Shown: piece by piece, positions 9,711-19,190 of the stretch
Position numbering within the stretch: position 1 is the first letter of the stretch
Layout: every line of letters starts with the position of its first letter
Source: Armatimonadota bacterium
GTDB taxonomy: Bacteria > Armatimonadota > HRBIN16
Direction: 5' to 3'
Assembly: GCA_963677485.1 (NCBI GenBank)
Contig: OY781964.1
Location: 4,960,001-5,024,000 of the forward strand
DNA length: 64,000 nt
Position numbers and translations under genes: made by a program
The notes under the pieces: generated by a model
What the model saw: the letters and a program-made list of their open reading frames with translations, nothing else
What the model was told of the DNA's origin: nothing
Databases searched by the model: none

Positions 9711-10052
9711 TCATAGCCTCGATAACCCACCAAGCACACGCGCGGCACATTCCTCAGCTGTCGCGTATTCATCTGTAATAGTGATCTCCCCACGCATGCC
9801 CCGGTACGGTGACATCGTCGCGCGGTGATACGCCAGGAAGCCTTCTGGCAGCGTCTTCACCCCGTTCTCAACAAGTCTATTGAGCACCCAGTCCGCATCC
9901 TCCTGCGCCTCCGCGTTACCAGGCAGATACTCCATCACGATATCAAGCCCAGCGCCATACCCCTGCACCCACACACCTATGGGCTCATAATGGGGGCTGG
10001 TGTCCCGGTCGCGTAGCGTAAATTCCGTCATATAACTCAGTCTCATTGCCAC
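9711..10052 (-). CDS. Hypothetical protein, candidate immunity protein
   Basis: Small acidic ORF overlapping the preceding gene, second gene after the MuF toxin-like gene. Confidence 0.6.
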   Translation of the reverse strand: MAMRLSYMTEFTLRDRDTSPHYEPIGVWVQGYGAGLDIVMEYLPGNAEAQEDADWVLNRLVENGVKTLPEGFLAYHRATMSPYRGMRGEITITDEYATAEECAARVLGGLSRL

Positions 10053-10513
10053 CCCTCCGCCATAGCGATATGCTCCTCAAGAAGCTGTGCATCTATTTGT
10101 TCAAACAGTATTGCATTAGCCGCTTTGTATTTCTGCCAGTTTTTCCAGTCTGCAAGCAGAGCCAGGTCCTGGTTCGGGCAAAGCAGCTCGATATGATACC
10201 TGCGGCTCCGGTCGTCGGTGACGTCCAGCATGTAGGTATCGTCCTGGTGCCAAGCTATTACCTTGATCGTGTGCGCATATTGCCAGCCGTTATTGTAGCC
10301 AGCCGACTTAAACAGCAGCCAGAAGTCGGTGCTTGTGATGTTTCCCGCCGCATCAAAGTGAGGTGCCACACGTGTGACGGTGTAGCTGTCGATTAGGCCA
10401 AAGCCCAGCGCCTCGTGCTTGTCCTCATTCATCTCCGTCCAGGAGCCTTGACTATTGAACTTCTCGAAGAGCCCCTGGAGCCGCGCCTTCAGCTCCGTGA
10501 TGATCTCATTCAT
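10043..10513 (-). CDS. Hypothetical protein, candidate immunity protein
   Basis: Starts 11 bp after the MuF stop with a GGAG SD. Confidence 0.65.
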   Translation of the reverse strand: MNEIITELKARLQGLFEKFNSQGSWTEMNEDKHEALGFGLIDSYTVTRVAPHFDAAGNITSTDFWLLFKSAGYNNGWQYAHTIKVIAWHQDDTYMLDVTDDRSRRYHIELLCPNQDLALLADWKNWQKYKAANAILFEQIDAQLLEEHIAMAEGWQ

Positions 10514-10524
10514 ATTTTGTCTCC

Positions 10525-13500
10525 CTACCTCTCTAACACGATCTGTTCTATTTTGCGGCCGTCGGGCAGCACAGAAATGCCGTGCTTCCTAAATACGTCA
10601 AGCACTCTCGTTCTCTCCTGGGAGCCGCGCACTACGATGCTTTCTAGGTTATCAAGCAGCGTGACCGAGTATTTCAGTATAGTCTCGTTGCCTGACTTAC
10701 TTGAGAAGCTCTTCCATGCCTGTGGATCCGAGCCGCGGTTCTTTGCGACGTAGTCGTCCTTCACTTTACCGAAGGCATCATGGCTGTAGCTTATCGCGTC
10801 CATACGCCTCAGCAGCTGCTTCTTAAAATAGAGCCCCGTCTCCCCTGTTGATGCCGTTGGGGTCTTCTTAATACGCGTGAAGACGTAGCTGGCTCCCCCG
10901 CTATTCATGTCCGATTCGGGGGACATCCCACCAGGAGCTATCCCCGCTCGTAGTTTTTCGACAGTGCTAATCATGGCTCCGTTGTTTTCCAGAACGGTGT
11001 CAAGAAACGAGCTGATGTTCTCACCGTTTGTGAGGCTGTGATGTAAACTGTAGCCCTTCATTTCACGTTCCATATCTGTGTCCGAGATGTCGAAGCGGTA
11101 CTGCTGCCTGTAACCGCCACGCGTGGCACTATCTTTGAATCCAAGCTGATACCGCCCTACCGGGTCATAACCAGGTAGCTTTGTAATATCTGGAGCGCCA
11201 AGCCTGTGCTCCCAGTAGCCGCGCATCGCCTGCACGCGCTCAGTCTTTGTGGCGTTACGACCGTCAAGATCAGAGAGTAGCTGGACATACGCAGGCTCCG
11301 TGTCTGCCTTAGTGACATAAGCCTGCTTTGCTAGATACAGGGCTTCAGAATCCTCGGCAGTGGCAATGTTAGCCTTTACTCCGAGCTTCTCCATGTGCCC
11401 CAGTGCCTTCTCTAAACTTCTCGAATCGGCGTTATTAGGCAGCACAATCTCAAACTCGCCCTGCTGAGCGTAGTGGTTCTTATCTGACCACGGGCGATAT
11501 ATCGCGTGAGTGCCGTCACCGAAGTCTATCTCATACTGCTCACCGTCTAGCATCGAGCGGTTACGAAAGAGCGATGAGTTATCTGCTCCGTCTTGATCAA
11601 CCGAAAGCTCCCCCCGGCTGAGTGTTCGCTTTGTGAGCAGCACCTTTGTTTTCTTCACAGTGTAACCCAGCTCTTCTACCCGCTTCCTAGAAGCAGTATG
11701 CTGCCTTGTATAAGCAGAGAACACGTCGGGGATCTTTTCCCGCTGCTCTACCGACTGCTTTACTCTCTTAAGCCAGGTGATATAACCTTCGGCCATGGCC
11801 TTCACGTCCGGGTCATCTGACTTCGATAGCATTCTCAGAGCATCAAGATGCTTGACTGCCTTATCTATACTCGCCTGGTTATAGGCACCGTCCTGGGCAT
11901 GGTGGTTTACGCTCTTCACCGCAGCGAGGATGTCGGAGGAGAAGCTGTCCTCCTCAAGTAGTTCACCTAGTTTTGGAGCGGTAGTCTGACGATCTGCCTT
12001 CTTTAGAGCCGGCAGTATCTTCAGCTCTGCCTCCGGTCTCAGTTTCATCTTCACCACAGTGCGCGTTTGAGAGTTCACCGTCTCCGTAAAGATAAGAGCG
12101 TTCTGGTCCTCTATGTCACTCTCATCAATGGGTAGTGCTTTACCTTGCCAGCCAAGCTTTCGCGCATCCTCAATCATCTGCTCCTCAGCTTTACCTATGC
12201 GGCCAGCTTTTGGTAGTGACGGCCCGTCTTCAAACCGGAAGCCAGGTTTAGAAAGAACATCTGAATAGAATCCCTCGAAGTTGCTGCGCAGACTATGCTT
12301 TCGCTCGATTGCCAGCTTACTAAACGCCTTCTTCTGGGCGTCAGTGGCAAAGCGTCCCTCCACGTAGGGACGCAGCAGCTCCAGGTAGTCATCATCTGAG
12401 ATGCGCTCTACTTCGCGAATATACCTTAGTGTGACGGAGGGATCAACTGCAACCTTCCCCTGTTTGGCTGCTCTGAACAGCGTGTTATAAAACGGCTCCT
12501 GTTCTCCGCAGGCACCGTTAGGGTGGTAGTCAACAGAGAGTGTGTCTGAGCCGAGGAACTTGGATAGCTGCCCCTTGTCGATGCCGTATACCTTACCGGA
12601 TTTCGCTCTCAGAAACTGCTTGGAGTGGCCGTCATGATTTGAGATGAGCCAGTCAATCACATGCTCACGCTGCACCTGCGATATTTCGTCTGGGGTGAGA
12701 TCACGCGCGTCAAAGCCGGAGAAGTCATACTTTGCAGCTAGATCACTGCGCCATTTCTGGATCGAACCTATGCGCCCGTTGAGACGGATTGTCCGCACCT
12801 CAACGCAGTCGGGGTCTATTAATCTCGCAAGCTTGTAAGCAGCCTCTTCGCCGCGAGCAATGAAGTCGTCTGAAGTGCTGCCTACTGGCTTGAATAGCCA
12901 CTTTTCACCGTTCTGGTCGGTCCAAAACTCCTTCTCATGCGCGCCACCGACCTTAGCTTTACCCTCATACTTGAACTTCTCGGGCTTCCCCATCTCTGAC
13001 CACGCGGAGTCAACATCGAAGAACTCCGAACCCTTCTTAGAAAACGCTGAGGGTGACGCGGTGGTGACGGTCTGCGTGATGGGGTCTGGCTCCGTCTTCG
13101 TTTTTGCAGCTGGGGTTATCGGCTTAGAGGCCTTAACGGAAGCGGACTTGTTCTTTTCGGCCCACTTGGCATGTTTAGCTGCTATGCTATTTTTCGCAGC
13201 ATCTATTTTAGTTTGATCGGTCTCCGTAAACAGCGTGGTCAACTCATCTTTATTAGCCCACTGCCAGTGCGTAAGCTTTGCCTGCTTCGCTGTCTCCTTT
13301 AGGTCACTGGACTTCATGGCAGAAATCTGCTGAGCGAATGTGTGCTTCTTGAGTGCGATTTCCTTTGCGTGCTGCTCTATCACCGCCGCAGGTAGCCCAG
13401 AATCTTTAGCAAGCTGCGTTTCGGCGGCGGACACCGAACTTAGGAAAGATTGATACCCCGCAGGAGAGGACGGCATCACTACCTGCGCCGTGGCTTCCGT

Positions 13501-15150
13501 TAGCGACTGCTCCGCCTTTTTCAGAGCCTCTGCCTTTGCTCCGCTTAGTGCCTGCTGCTTGGCCTGCTCCGCCATCTGCTGACCCGCCGCCTTCTCCAGC
13601 GCTTTTGCTAGCTGCTGCTTGTTCTTAAGCGGAGGGATACCATATTTCTGCTTGGCGGCCAAAAGCATTTGGCCGGATAACCCGCTGTGGTCGATATTTG
13701 GTTCAAGGGTGTCGAGTATCTCGATCACTTCAGACTTTGTGAGGTTGAGTGAGACGCTGTGTTGTTTTGCCATCTCCTTAAGCTGCACTGTCGTTAGTCC
13801 TGACAGGTCTGAGCTTGGCGCCACAAGTTTAGCGGCCTCCTCAAGTGCCTTCGCCTGCTTGAGCGCGGCCTGCTTAGCAGCGAGCAGTTTTACGAGGTCA
13901 TCTTTGCTGCGAAGCGCAGCGATGTTGTATTGCTTGATTTTCGCCTGCAGCGCAGCACCGGAGAGGTCCCCGTGATCCACGCCAGGTTCAGCTACTCCAA
14001 GCAGATGAATGAAGTCAGCCTTAGTGCGGGCCACGCCAATGCCGTTTGCCTTGGCGAGTGTCTGAAGCTGCTTTATAGTAAGCGCGGAGAGATCCGCAAC
14101 CTGACCAGAATCAAAAGCGGACTTAAGCTTCTTCTCTTCTTCCACCTGCTTCTTAGCCTGCTCCTCTATCGCCTGTGGTGGGAGTATGCAGGCAGTCGGC
14201 TCTTCTGCGGCACTCGCTCCAAGTTCACCCCCGCAGACCACAAGCGGCCATGCAGGCAGTGTTGAGCACCGGCAGTTTGGATGCGCAGGTTGACTGGGAA
14301 AGCGGTCCGTATCAAACTGCTTGCCGTCAAGCGCCCCGCAGACAGGGCACATTCGCTCATCTTCCATCGTCATCCACTCTGTCTTTGTCACACCGACCTG
14401 CTGGTGAAACTTAATACGCCCCTGGTTATGCGCGCGCAGCAGTTCTGTGCGAGCGATCATCTCCATGCGGTACTGCGCTTTAGAGAACACCTTACTCCCC
14501 GCGTGGCGGAAAGATTGTTTGTCATCTATCACGCTGCCCATGTCACGGACGATCTCACTTGCACTCTTTCCAGTAGCTATCCCGGCGAAGATGGTCTTCT
14601 TAATGCCGTCTGAAAGCTCCCGGTGCACGTCCCCCGCGAGCACCAAGTTGTAGTTCGCCATAAAGCCAAGCGCATCGGTGTCGATGAGCGTGAACACTGA
14701 GGTAGTGAGTTTGTCAATGCCGCTCGGTGTGAGCTCTTTATAAATCGGCATCTGAGCGGAAGCGAACTCCTCTATCCCGTGATACACCCCTGAGCGAAAG
14801 GATGCGTTACTAGCGCTTTTGAACATAAGGGTCTGCTCACGCTCCAGAGATTTTAGCAGTCCCCCTATCTCGCCGCTTAGCTTCTCAAGACCCAATTTGG
14901 CTGCCAGCTTATTACCGGGTAGCGTCCCGAGTTGCCCGAAGCCTAAGATAGCACTAGATACCAACTTCTGAGCCGATGCGAGTGACTGCTTAAGCCCCAT
15001 CACCACCTGGCTCACATATAGATCGCGGCTAAGCAGGCTTTTATCAGTCGCTTTACGAATGGCCTGGGATTGCGAATTCACATCCGCGATAGCACACAGT
15101 GAAGGCGGTGGAGTATTCATCAGGCCTCCTTCATGCGCAGAAATCGGCAC
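10525..15150 (-). CDS. MuF (SPP1 gp7-like) head protein with HeH/SAP-like repeats, HipA/PI3K-like kinase domain and C-terminal ADP-ribosyltransferase-like domain
   Basis: IARTE, D.R.CP.C..LDG and HPNCRC (MuF); L..LT..QL...AK repeats; WLFKP, EEAAY, DWLISNHDGH and IDKG (kinase); HSL, YVFTR and NET (ART-like, weaker). Confidence 0.8.
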   Translation of the reverse strand: MPISAHEGGLMNTPPPSLCAIADVNSQSQAIRKATDKSLLSRDLYVSQVVMGLKQSLASAQKLVSSAILGFGQLGTLPGNKLAAKLGLEKLSGEIGGLLKSLEREQTLMFKSASNASFRSGVYHGIEEFASAQMPIYKELTPSGIDKLTTSVFTLIDTDALGFMANYNLVLAGDVHRELSDGIKKTIFAGIATGKSASEIVRDMGSVIDDKQSFRHAGSKVFSKAQYRMEMIARTELLRAHNQGRIKFHQQVGVTKTEWMTMEDERMCPVCGALDGKQFDTDRFPSQPAHPNCRCSTLPAWPLVVCGGELGASAAEEPTACILPPQAIEEQAKKQVEEEKKLKSAFDSGQVADLSALTIKQLQTLAKANGIGVARTKADFIHLLGVAEPGVDHGDLSGAALQAKIKQYNIAALRSKDDLVKLLAAKQAALKQAKALEEAAKLVAPSSDLSGLTTVQLKEMAKQHSVSLNLTKSEVIEILDTLEPNIDHSGLSGQMLLAAKQKYGIPPLKNKQQLAKALEKAAGQQMAEQAKQQALSGAKAEALKKAEQSLTEATAQVVMPSSPAGYQSFLSSVSAAETQLAKDSGLPAAVIEQHAKEIALKKHTFAQQISAMKSSDLKETAKQAKLTHWQWANKDELTTLFTETDQTKIDAAKNSIAAKHAKWAEKNKSASVKASKPITPAAKTKTEPDPITQTVTTASPSAFSKKGSEFFDVDSAWSEMGKPEKFKYEGKAKVGGAHEKEFWTDQNGEKWLFKPVGSTSDDFIARGEEAAYKLARLIDPDCVEVRTIRLNGRIGSIQKWRSDLAAKYDFSGFDARDLTPDEISQVQREHVIDWLISNHDGHSKQFLRAKSGKVYGIDKGQLSKFLGSDTLSVDYHPNGACGEQEPFYNTLFRAAKQGKVAVDPSVTLRYIREVERISDDDYLELLRPYVEGRFATDAQKKAFSKLAIERKHSLRSNFEGFYSDVLSKPGFRFEDGPSLPKAGRIGKAEEQMIEDARKLGWQGKALPIDESDIEDQNALIFTETVNSQTRTVVKMKLRPEAELKILPALKKADRQTTAPKLGELLEEDSFSSDILAAVKSVNHHAQDGAYNQASIDKAVKHLDALRMLSKSDDPDVKAMAEGYITWLKRVKQSVEQREKIPDVFSAYTRQHTASRKRVEELGYTVKKTKVLLTKRTLSRGELSVDQDGADNSSLFRNRSMLDGEQYEIDFGDGTHAIYRPWSDKNHYAQQGEFEIVLPNNADSRSLEKALGHMEKLGVKANIATAEDSEALYLAKQAYVTKADTEPAYVQLLSDLDGRNATKTERVQAMRGYWEHRLGAPDITKLPGYDPVGRYQLGFKDSATRGGYRQQYRFDISDTDMEREMKGYSLHHSLTNGENISSFLDTVLENNGAMISTVEKLRAGIAPGGMSPESDMNSGGASYVFTRIKKTPTASTGETGLYFKKQLLRRMDAISYSHDAFGKVKDDYVAKNRGSDPQAWKSFSSKSGNETILKYSVTLLDNLESIVVRGSQERTRVLDVFRKHGISVLPDGRKIEQIVLER

Positions 15151-16658
15151 GCTGGGGTATCAAAGCTCACATCTGCCGACGACACACTACACATGCTGCT
15201 GGGTTCATAGAAGTAACCACACTCGTCGCAGAGTTTGCCGGCATATGACGCCTTCGTAAGCAGGCCGTCCCAGTTCGCAGTGGCCCCGGAGCCAACAGGG
15301 TTCTTCGCCGGGTCTAGTCCAAGCATCTGCTGAGCGGTCTCTATGCTCATAATCCCGGCTACCACCATATCCACAATGGGCTTCACCTGCTTCTCGTCTA
15401 GCAGATCCGCGGACTTTCGTTCGTTCTGGCGATTACCTTCCTCTATCTCAGGGTTCAGATCCATCTTCATCTGCAAAGACGAACGGCTGATGAGCTTTCG
15501 GTCATACAGTTCTATGAGCAGCTTTTTGAAATCCACGGCGTCCGTGGGGTCAAGATCATTAAACAGATACTGGATGCTCTTGCCAGAATGGCCCGCAAGT
15601 TCCAGCCAGTCGGAGTAGATCCAGTCGAGTATCTCGCGGGCCGAATGGGTGATCTCCCTAATCATGACAAGCATCTTCTGCATACTCACAGAGGCTGTCG
15701 CAAAGTTAGGCCCGTCACCTGACACGAGCGAACGAGAAAGTCCCTGGGCGACAACGATGTCTTCCTTCACCTCCTTGACCTTGTCTTCCACGTTTAGCAC
15801 CTGACCCTCGGTGCCGTGCGTTTCGACAGATACATAAAATGGCACAATCATGCCGCTTTTCATGTCCATGTTGTTCATCAAGTCACGCACCTGCTCAAGC
15901 ATCTTCTGATCTGGCATGATCATGCGCTGCTTGAACTCACCGCCCACCTTGATAAACCGGAGCGGCGTGGCCCAGCGCTTAGCGATAGCCTGTTCGGCGC
16001 GCCGGTAGTCACGCAGCAGCTCAATGGACTGGAAGGCCGGAAGCACAAGCGAATTACCTCGCGGTGAGAACTCCGGTGCGTCCCATTTTAGATGTATCGT
16101 CTGCTCCACCGGCAAGGTGATGCCCTCTGCCCCGTTTTGAGCATCATCGGCGTACTGCTTGACTTCTATTAGCTCACCCTGCGAATACTTCACTTTCACA
16201 GATACCGGGTTCACGCAGGTAATCTGTTCGATATCCCGTCCGTCTTTGCTGTAGCGCTTAAAGCCGACCGCGTCCCCCTTAACAAGAAGCTGCAAGATCA
16301 TATCTTTCACAAACCGCGGGATGCGCAGCTGCTTGGCCAGCTCATTTGCTTCAAGTTTCACATGTTCGTCGTCGCTTGTTATCTTCACCTCATCACCCAC
16401 AGAGAAGGTGCGCCATGAGTTCACGCAGTTCTTCACAAGCGGTTCCTCTGTGTAGTATTCCCAGGCCTTCCTTGCCCGGTCTTCCCACGATGCGGGTATG
16501 GCGTCATTCGCACTCACGGCACCAAACGCAGAGGAGCCGAGTGCAGCCATGGTCGCCAGCGGCGTCACTACCTGGCCATATGCCGAGGTGTCCCCCGCCT
16601 CAACTGCGCTGGTATCAGTTATTACCGTGTCATTAATCATCGTGTCGTTATTCACCAT
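15120..16658 (-). CDS. Phage portal protein
   Basis: 512 aa between terminase and MuF; LLVKGDA, IHLK...PRG.S.V..A and NFATA motifs. Confidence 0.85.
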   Translation of the reverse strand: MVNNDTMINDTVITDTSAVEAGDTSAYGQVVTPLATMAALGSSAFGAVSANDAIPASWEDRARKAWEYYTEEPLVKNCVNSWRTFSVGDEVKITSDDEHVKLEANELAKQLRIPRFVKDMILQLLVKGDAVGFKRYSKDGRDIEQITCVNPVSVKVKYSQGELIEVKQYADDAQNGAEGITLPVEQTIHLKWDAPEFSPRGNSLVLPAFQSIELLRDYRRAEQAIAKRWATPLRFIKVGGEFKQRMIMPDQKMLEQVRDLMNNMDMKSGMIVPFYVSVETHGTEGQVLNVEDKVKEVKEDIVVAQGLSRSLVSGDGPNFATASVSMQKMLVMIREITHSAREILDWIYSDWLELAGHSGKSIQYLFNDLDPTDAVDFKKLLIELYDRKLISRSSLQMKMDLNPEIEEGNRQNERKSADLLDEKQVKPIVDMVVAGIMSIETAQQMLGLDPAKNPVGSGATANWDGLLTKASYAGKLCDECGYFYEPSSMCSVSSADVSFDTPACRFLRMKEA

Positions 16659-16939
16659 GTCCTTCGTGATATGTCGTGTCAGTTAGCGCTGCTTCGCTCC
16701 AGATTGCCCGCCCATCCGCGAGTGAGCAAACTCTGGGTAAACGGGCCAAGCGTGCATTTACCTTGCTATTGCGAGCCCCTGGTGGCACACTGTTATCGGC
16801 AATATATCGGCAATACAACGGCAATTATCTCGGCCGTTATCGGCAGTTATGGTGAGCATATGACAACCATTGGTATGCTCTCAGGAGTGATCTCCAGAGC
16901 TACATCAACTCGCATGACTAATACACTCTCCATTCATCT

Positions 16940-18466
16940 CTAGTAAAATATCGGGTTAGTCAGCACAGGCATTAGACACACCATCTGCTCATTCGCTGCC
17001 TCAAGTGAGCCGTGCTCATGCATAAGCACCGCGCATCGCACCGCATCGATGATATGGTCATTACCCTTGGAGTAGATGATATTGCCGTTTGAGAGTGTGT
17101 AAGTATGGGTAGTAAACTGGTCCTCTATCTCGGGGTCATTTACAGGCAGGATAAGCTGCCGTCTTTGCAGGGCACCGGTAATGAGTGTGGTCATCAGCTC
17201 CTTGGTGCGCTTTCGCATCTCACGTCCGTCCCTCACAGAGAGTGTAGTCACACCTCCAAAATCATAGCCGCGTAACCGGCCCTCAAGCTGCATCGGTTTG
17301 TATTTATCAAGTGTCAGCAGCTCTTGAACTACCGCAAGGCCGTTGCCTCCGTTGTCGAGGCCTATCCCGACAGGGGTGAAGTAGCGCTCGAGTAGCGAGA
17401 TAACCTGAGAGATATGCGGATACGTCACATGCTCAAGATGCACGCGCAGAACCATTGAGAGCACGGACCGCTCACCCTGCGGCACCTCCTGAAACACCAC
17501 AATCTCCGTGGGGTCATTTGTATATCCAAGGTCACCGCCCATCCAGAACACCCCGGTCTGCGGCATAAGATTAAGAAGCATCTCAAGCCGGTCATACGAC
17601 TCCTCTTCGGTTTGGCAGCTCCTGATGTCTTCGCCCATGATAGATATCTTCTGGTATTCGATGATTTCCTGTCTGCATAGGGTTAGAACGTCTATGTTAA
17701 ACACACCGTATGACGGCTTACCGTGCTCCCCGGCTACCTCATGCTGCCAGCCAGCGGTCTGCTTACCTCCATAGAACTCAATCAGCTCTGCCTCGCGTTC
17801 GGCGTTCCAGGCAGGGTTAAGCCAGGACGGCCAGCGGAACACTTTGAACTGATCTGAGCTGGTCAGCCTGTAGTAAGTGGTGTCCCTTAAGCCGTTAGGT
17901 GTCGAATAGATACGCAGCGTGCCACCAGCCTTGAGGCACTGTCGAAGCGCCTTCCATGCTTTTTCGGTTAGCCAGGCACCCTCATCAACCCAGACCCGCT
18001 CAACGTGCAGCGAACGAAACGCGTCGCCATATGTACCGGCAGGCCGGAAGTAGAGAATAGAGCCGTTAGAAAACTCAATTCGGAAGTATGGCTTACGGAA
18101 AATTTTGGGTTTTCCATATTTTGTGATGCCAATACTCGCTGAAAGCTCTGGGCTCGAATCTATCTGAAACTCGATCTCCTCGGCGAGAGCGTCGAGATGC
18201 CCCTGGTGGGGGGTGGCAATAAGCCCCTGGCCGCCTCGTTTGGTGAATGCGAAATGCAGCGCATCTGTAGTCAGCGAAATAGACTTACCGGAATCACGGC
18301 CATCTAGGTGGATGATGTTGCGATCCTTACAGTTCATATCCTCAATCTGGTGAGGCCAGTATCCCCGCGCAGAACCGTCCCGGTTTTTAAGGTAATGCTC
18401 ACCAAATGACACAGGATCCCGTAATCGCTTTACAATTTCATCTTCGGAGGAATTTGTATTAGTCAT
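16940..18466 (-). CDS. terL: Terminase large subunit
   Basis: GRDSGKS Walker A, VWVDEG Walker B, STP motif III, GGDLG and DHIIDA nuclease motifs. Confidence 0.92.
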   Translation of the reverse strand: MTNTNSSEDEIVKRLRDPVSFGEHYLKNRDGSARGYWPHQIEDMNCKDRNIIHLDGRDSGKSISLTTDALHFAFTKRGGQGLIATPHQGHLDALAEEIEFQIDSSPELSASIGITKYGKPKIFRKPYFRIEFSNGSILYFRPAGTYGDAFRSLHVERVWVDEGAWLTEKAWKALRQCLKAGGTLRIYSTPNGLRDTTYYRLTSSDQFKVFRWPSWLNPAWNAEREAELIEFYGGKQTAGWQHEVAGEHGKPSYGVFNIDVLTLCRQEIIEYQKISIMGEDIRSCQTEEESYDRLEMLLNLMPQTGVFWMGGDLGYTNDPTEIVVFQEVPQGERSVLSMVLRVHLEHVTYPHISQVISLLERYFTPVGIGLDNGGNGLAVVQELLTLDKYKPMQLEGRLRGYDFGGVTTLSVRDGREMRKRTKELMTTLITGALQRRQLILPVNDPEIEDQFTTHTYTLSNGNIIYSKGNDHIIDAVRCAVLMHEHGSLEAANEQMVCLMPVLTNPIFY

Positions 18467-19113
18467 CTATCTCCTTGCACGGCTTCGGTCTGCCCGGCAT
18501 CTGCTATTTCGGCTTCAGCTTTTTGAGCTTCCCGTTTATCGGCCTCCAGCTTATCGGCTTCCAGCTTATCGGATTCCAGTTTGGCAACTCTTTCTGACTC
18601 CGTGACCCGCTCAAGAAGCGCGGTTGCCCACTCAGCGGGGGTCGTCTGCAGACCTCTAGGCTCATCCCCCTCGCGGGAAATCTTGGTGGCCTTGAGATCT
18701 TTCAGGTGACAGCGGATCATTCGGTCCAGCCGCTCCGCCCCGTCCCAGTCTTCGGCTTCCTGAGCACGGCCAAGTTTCAGGAAGTAGACCGCCACTAACT
18801 CTACCTGCATGAAGTCAGAGCTCTTGTTGAACACGAAATCCTCTTGCAGCTGGGCTGTGATGGAATCAAAGATCACCCTCTCATCTGCCGAAAGAAAGCG
18901 GTCGGCGTAGATGCCGTGCTTCATCGCGTTGTGACTACCAAGTGGCGCTCCTCCGGCACTCCTGTCTGCACCGCTTCGCCTCCAGCGTTCTACTCGTGCC
19001 GTGTCCTGGGCACCAACGGGATTCGCGTTGCCTTCAGCTATGCAATCTTCGCTCACTACCGGTGCCGGTATAGATTCTGCTTTGCCCTTTGCTGGGCCAT
19101 TTCGGTTGCTCAT
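18463..19113 (-). CDS. Terminase small subunit (probable)
   Basis: GGAP.G..NA.KHG.Y motif; overlaps the terL start. Confidence 0.75.
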   Translation of the reverse strand: MSNRNGPAKGKAESIPAPVVSEDCIAEGNANPVGAQDTARVERWRRSGADRSAGGAPLGSHNAMKHGIYADRFLSADERVIFDSITAQLQEDFVFNKSSDFMQVELVAVYFLKLGRAQEAEDWDGAERLDRMIRCHLKDLKATKISREGDEPRGLQTTPAEWATALLERVTESERVAKLESDKLEADKLEADKREAQKAEAEIADAGQTEAVQGDR

Positions 19114-19190
19114 TGTTTATCTCCCCAAGGGGGTATCCCTATCTGTATCGACAAGATGCGCGTATCGCTAGCTGCCCATCCATCCGTTGC

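Noticed and set aside
18536-18580. 15-bp repeats in the small terminase gene (KLEAD repeats)
   Set aside because: In-frame low-complexity coiled-coil tail; no sign of a separate function.
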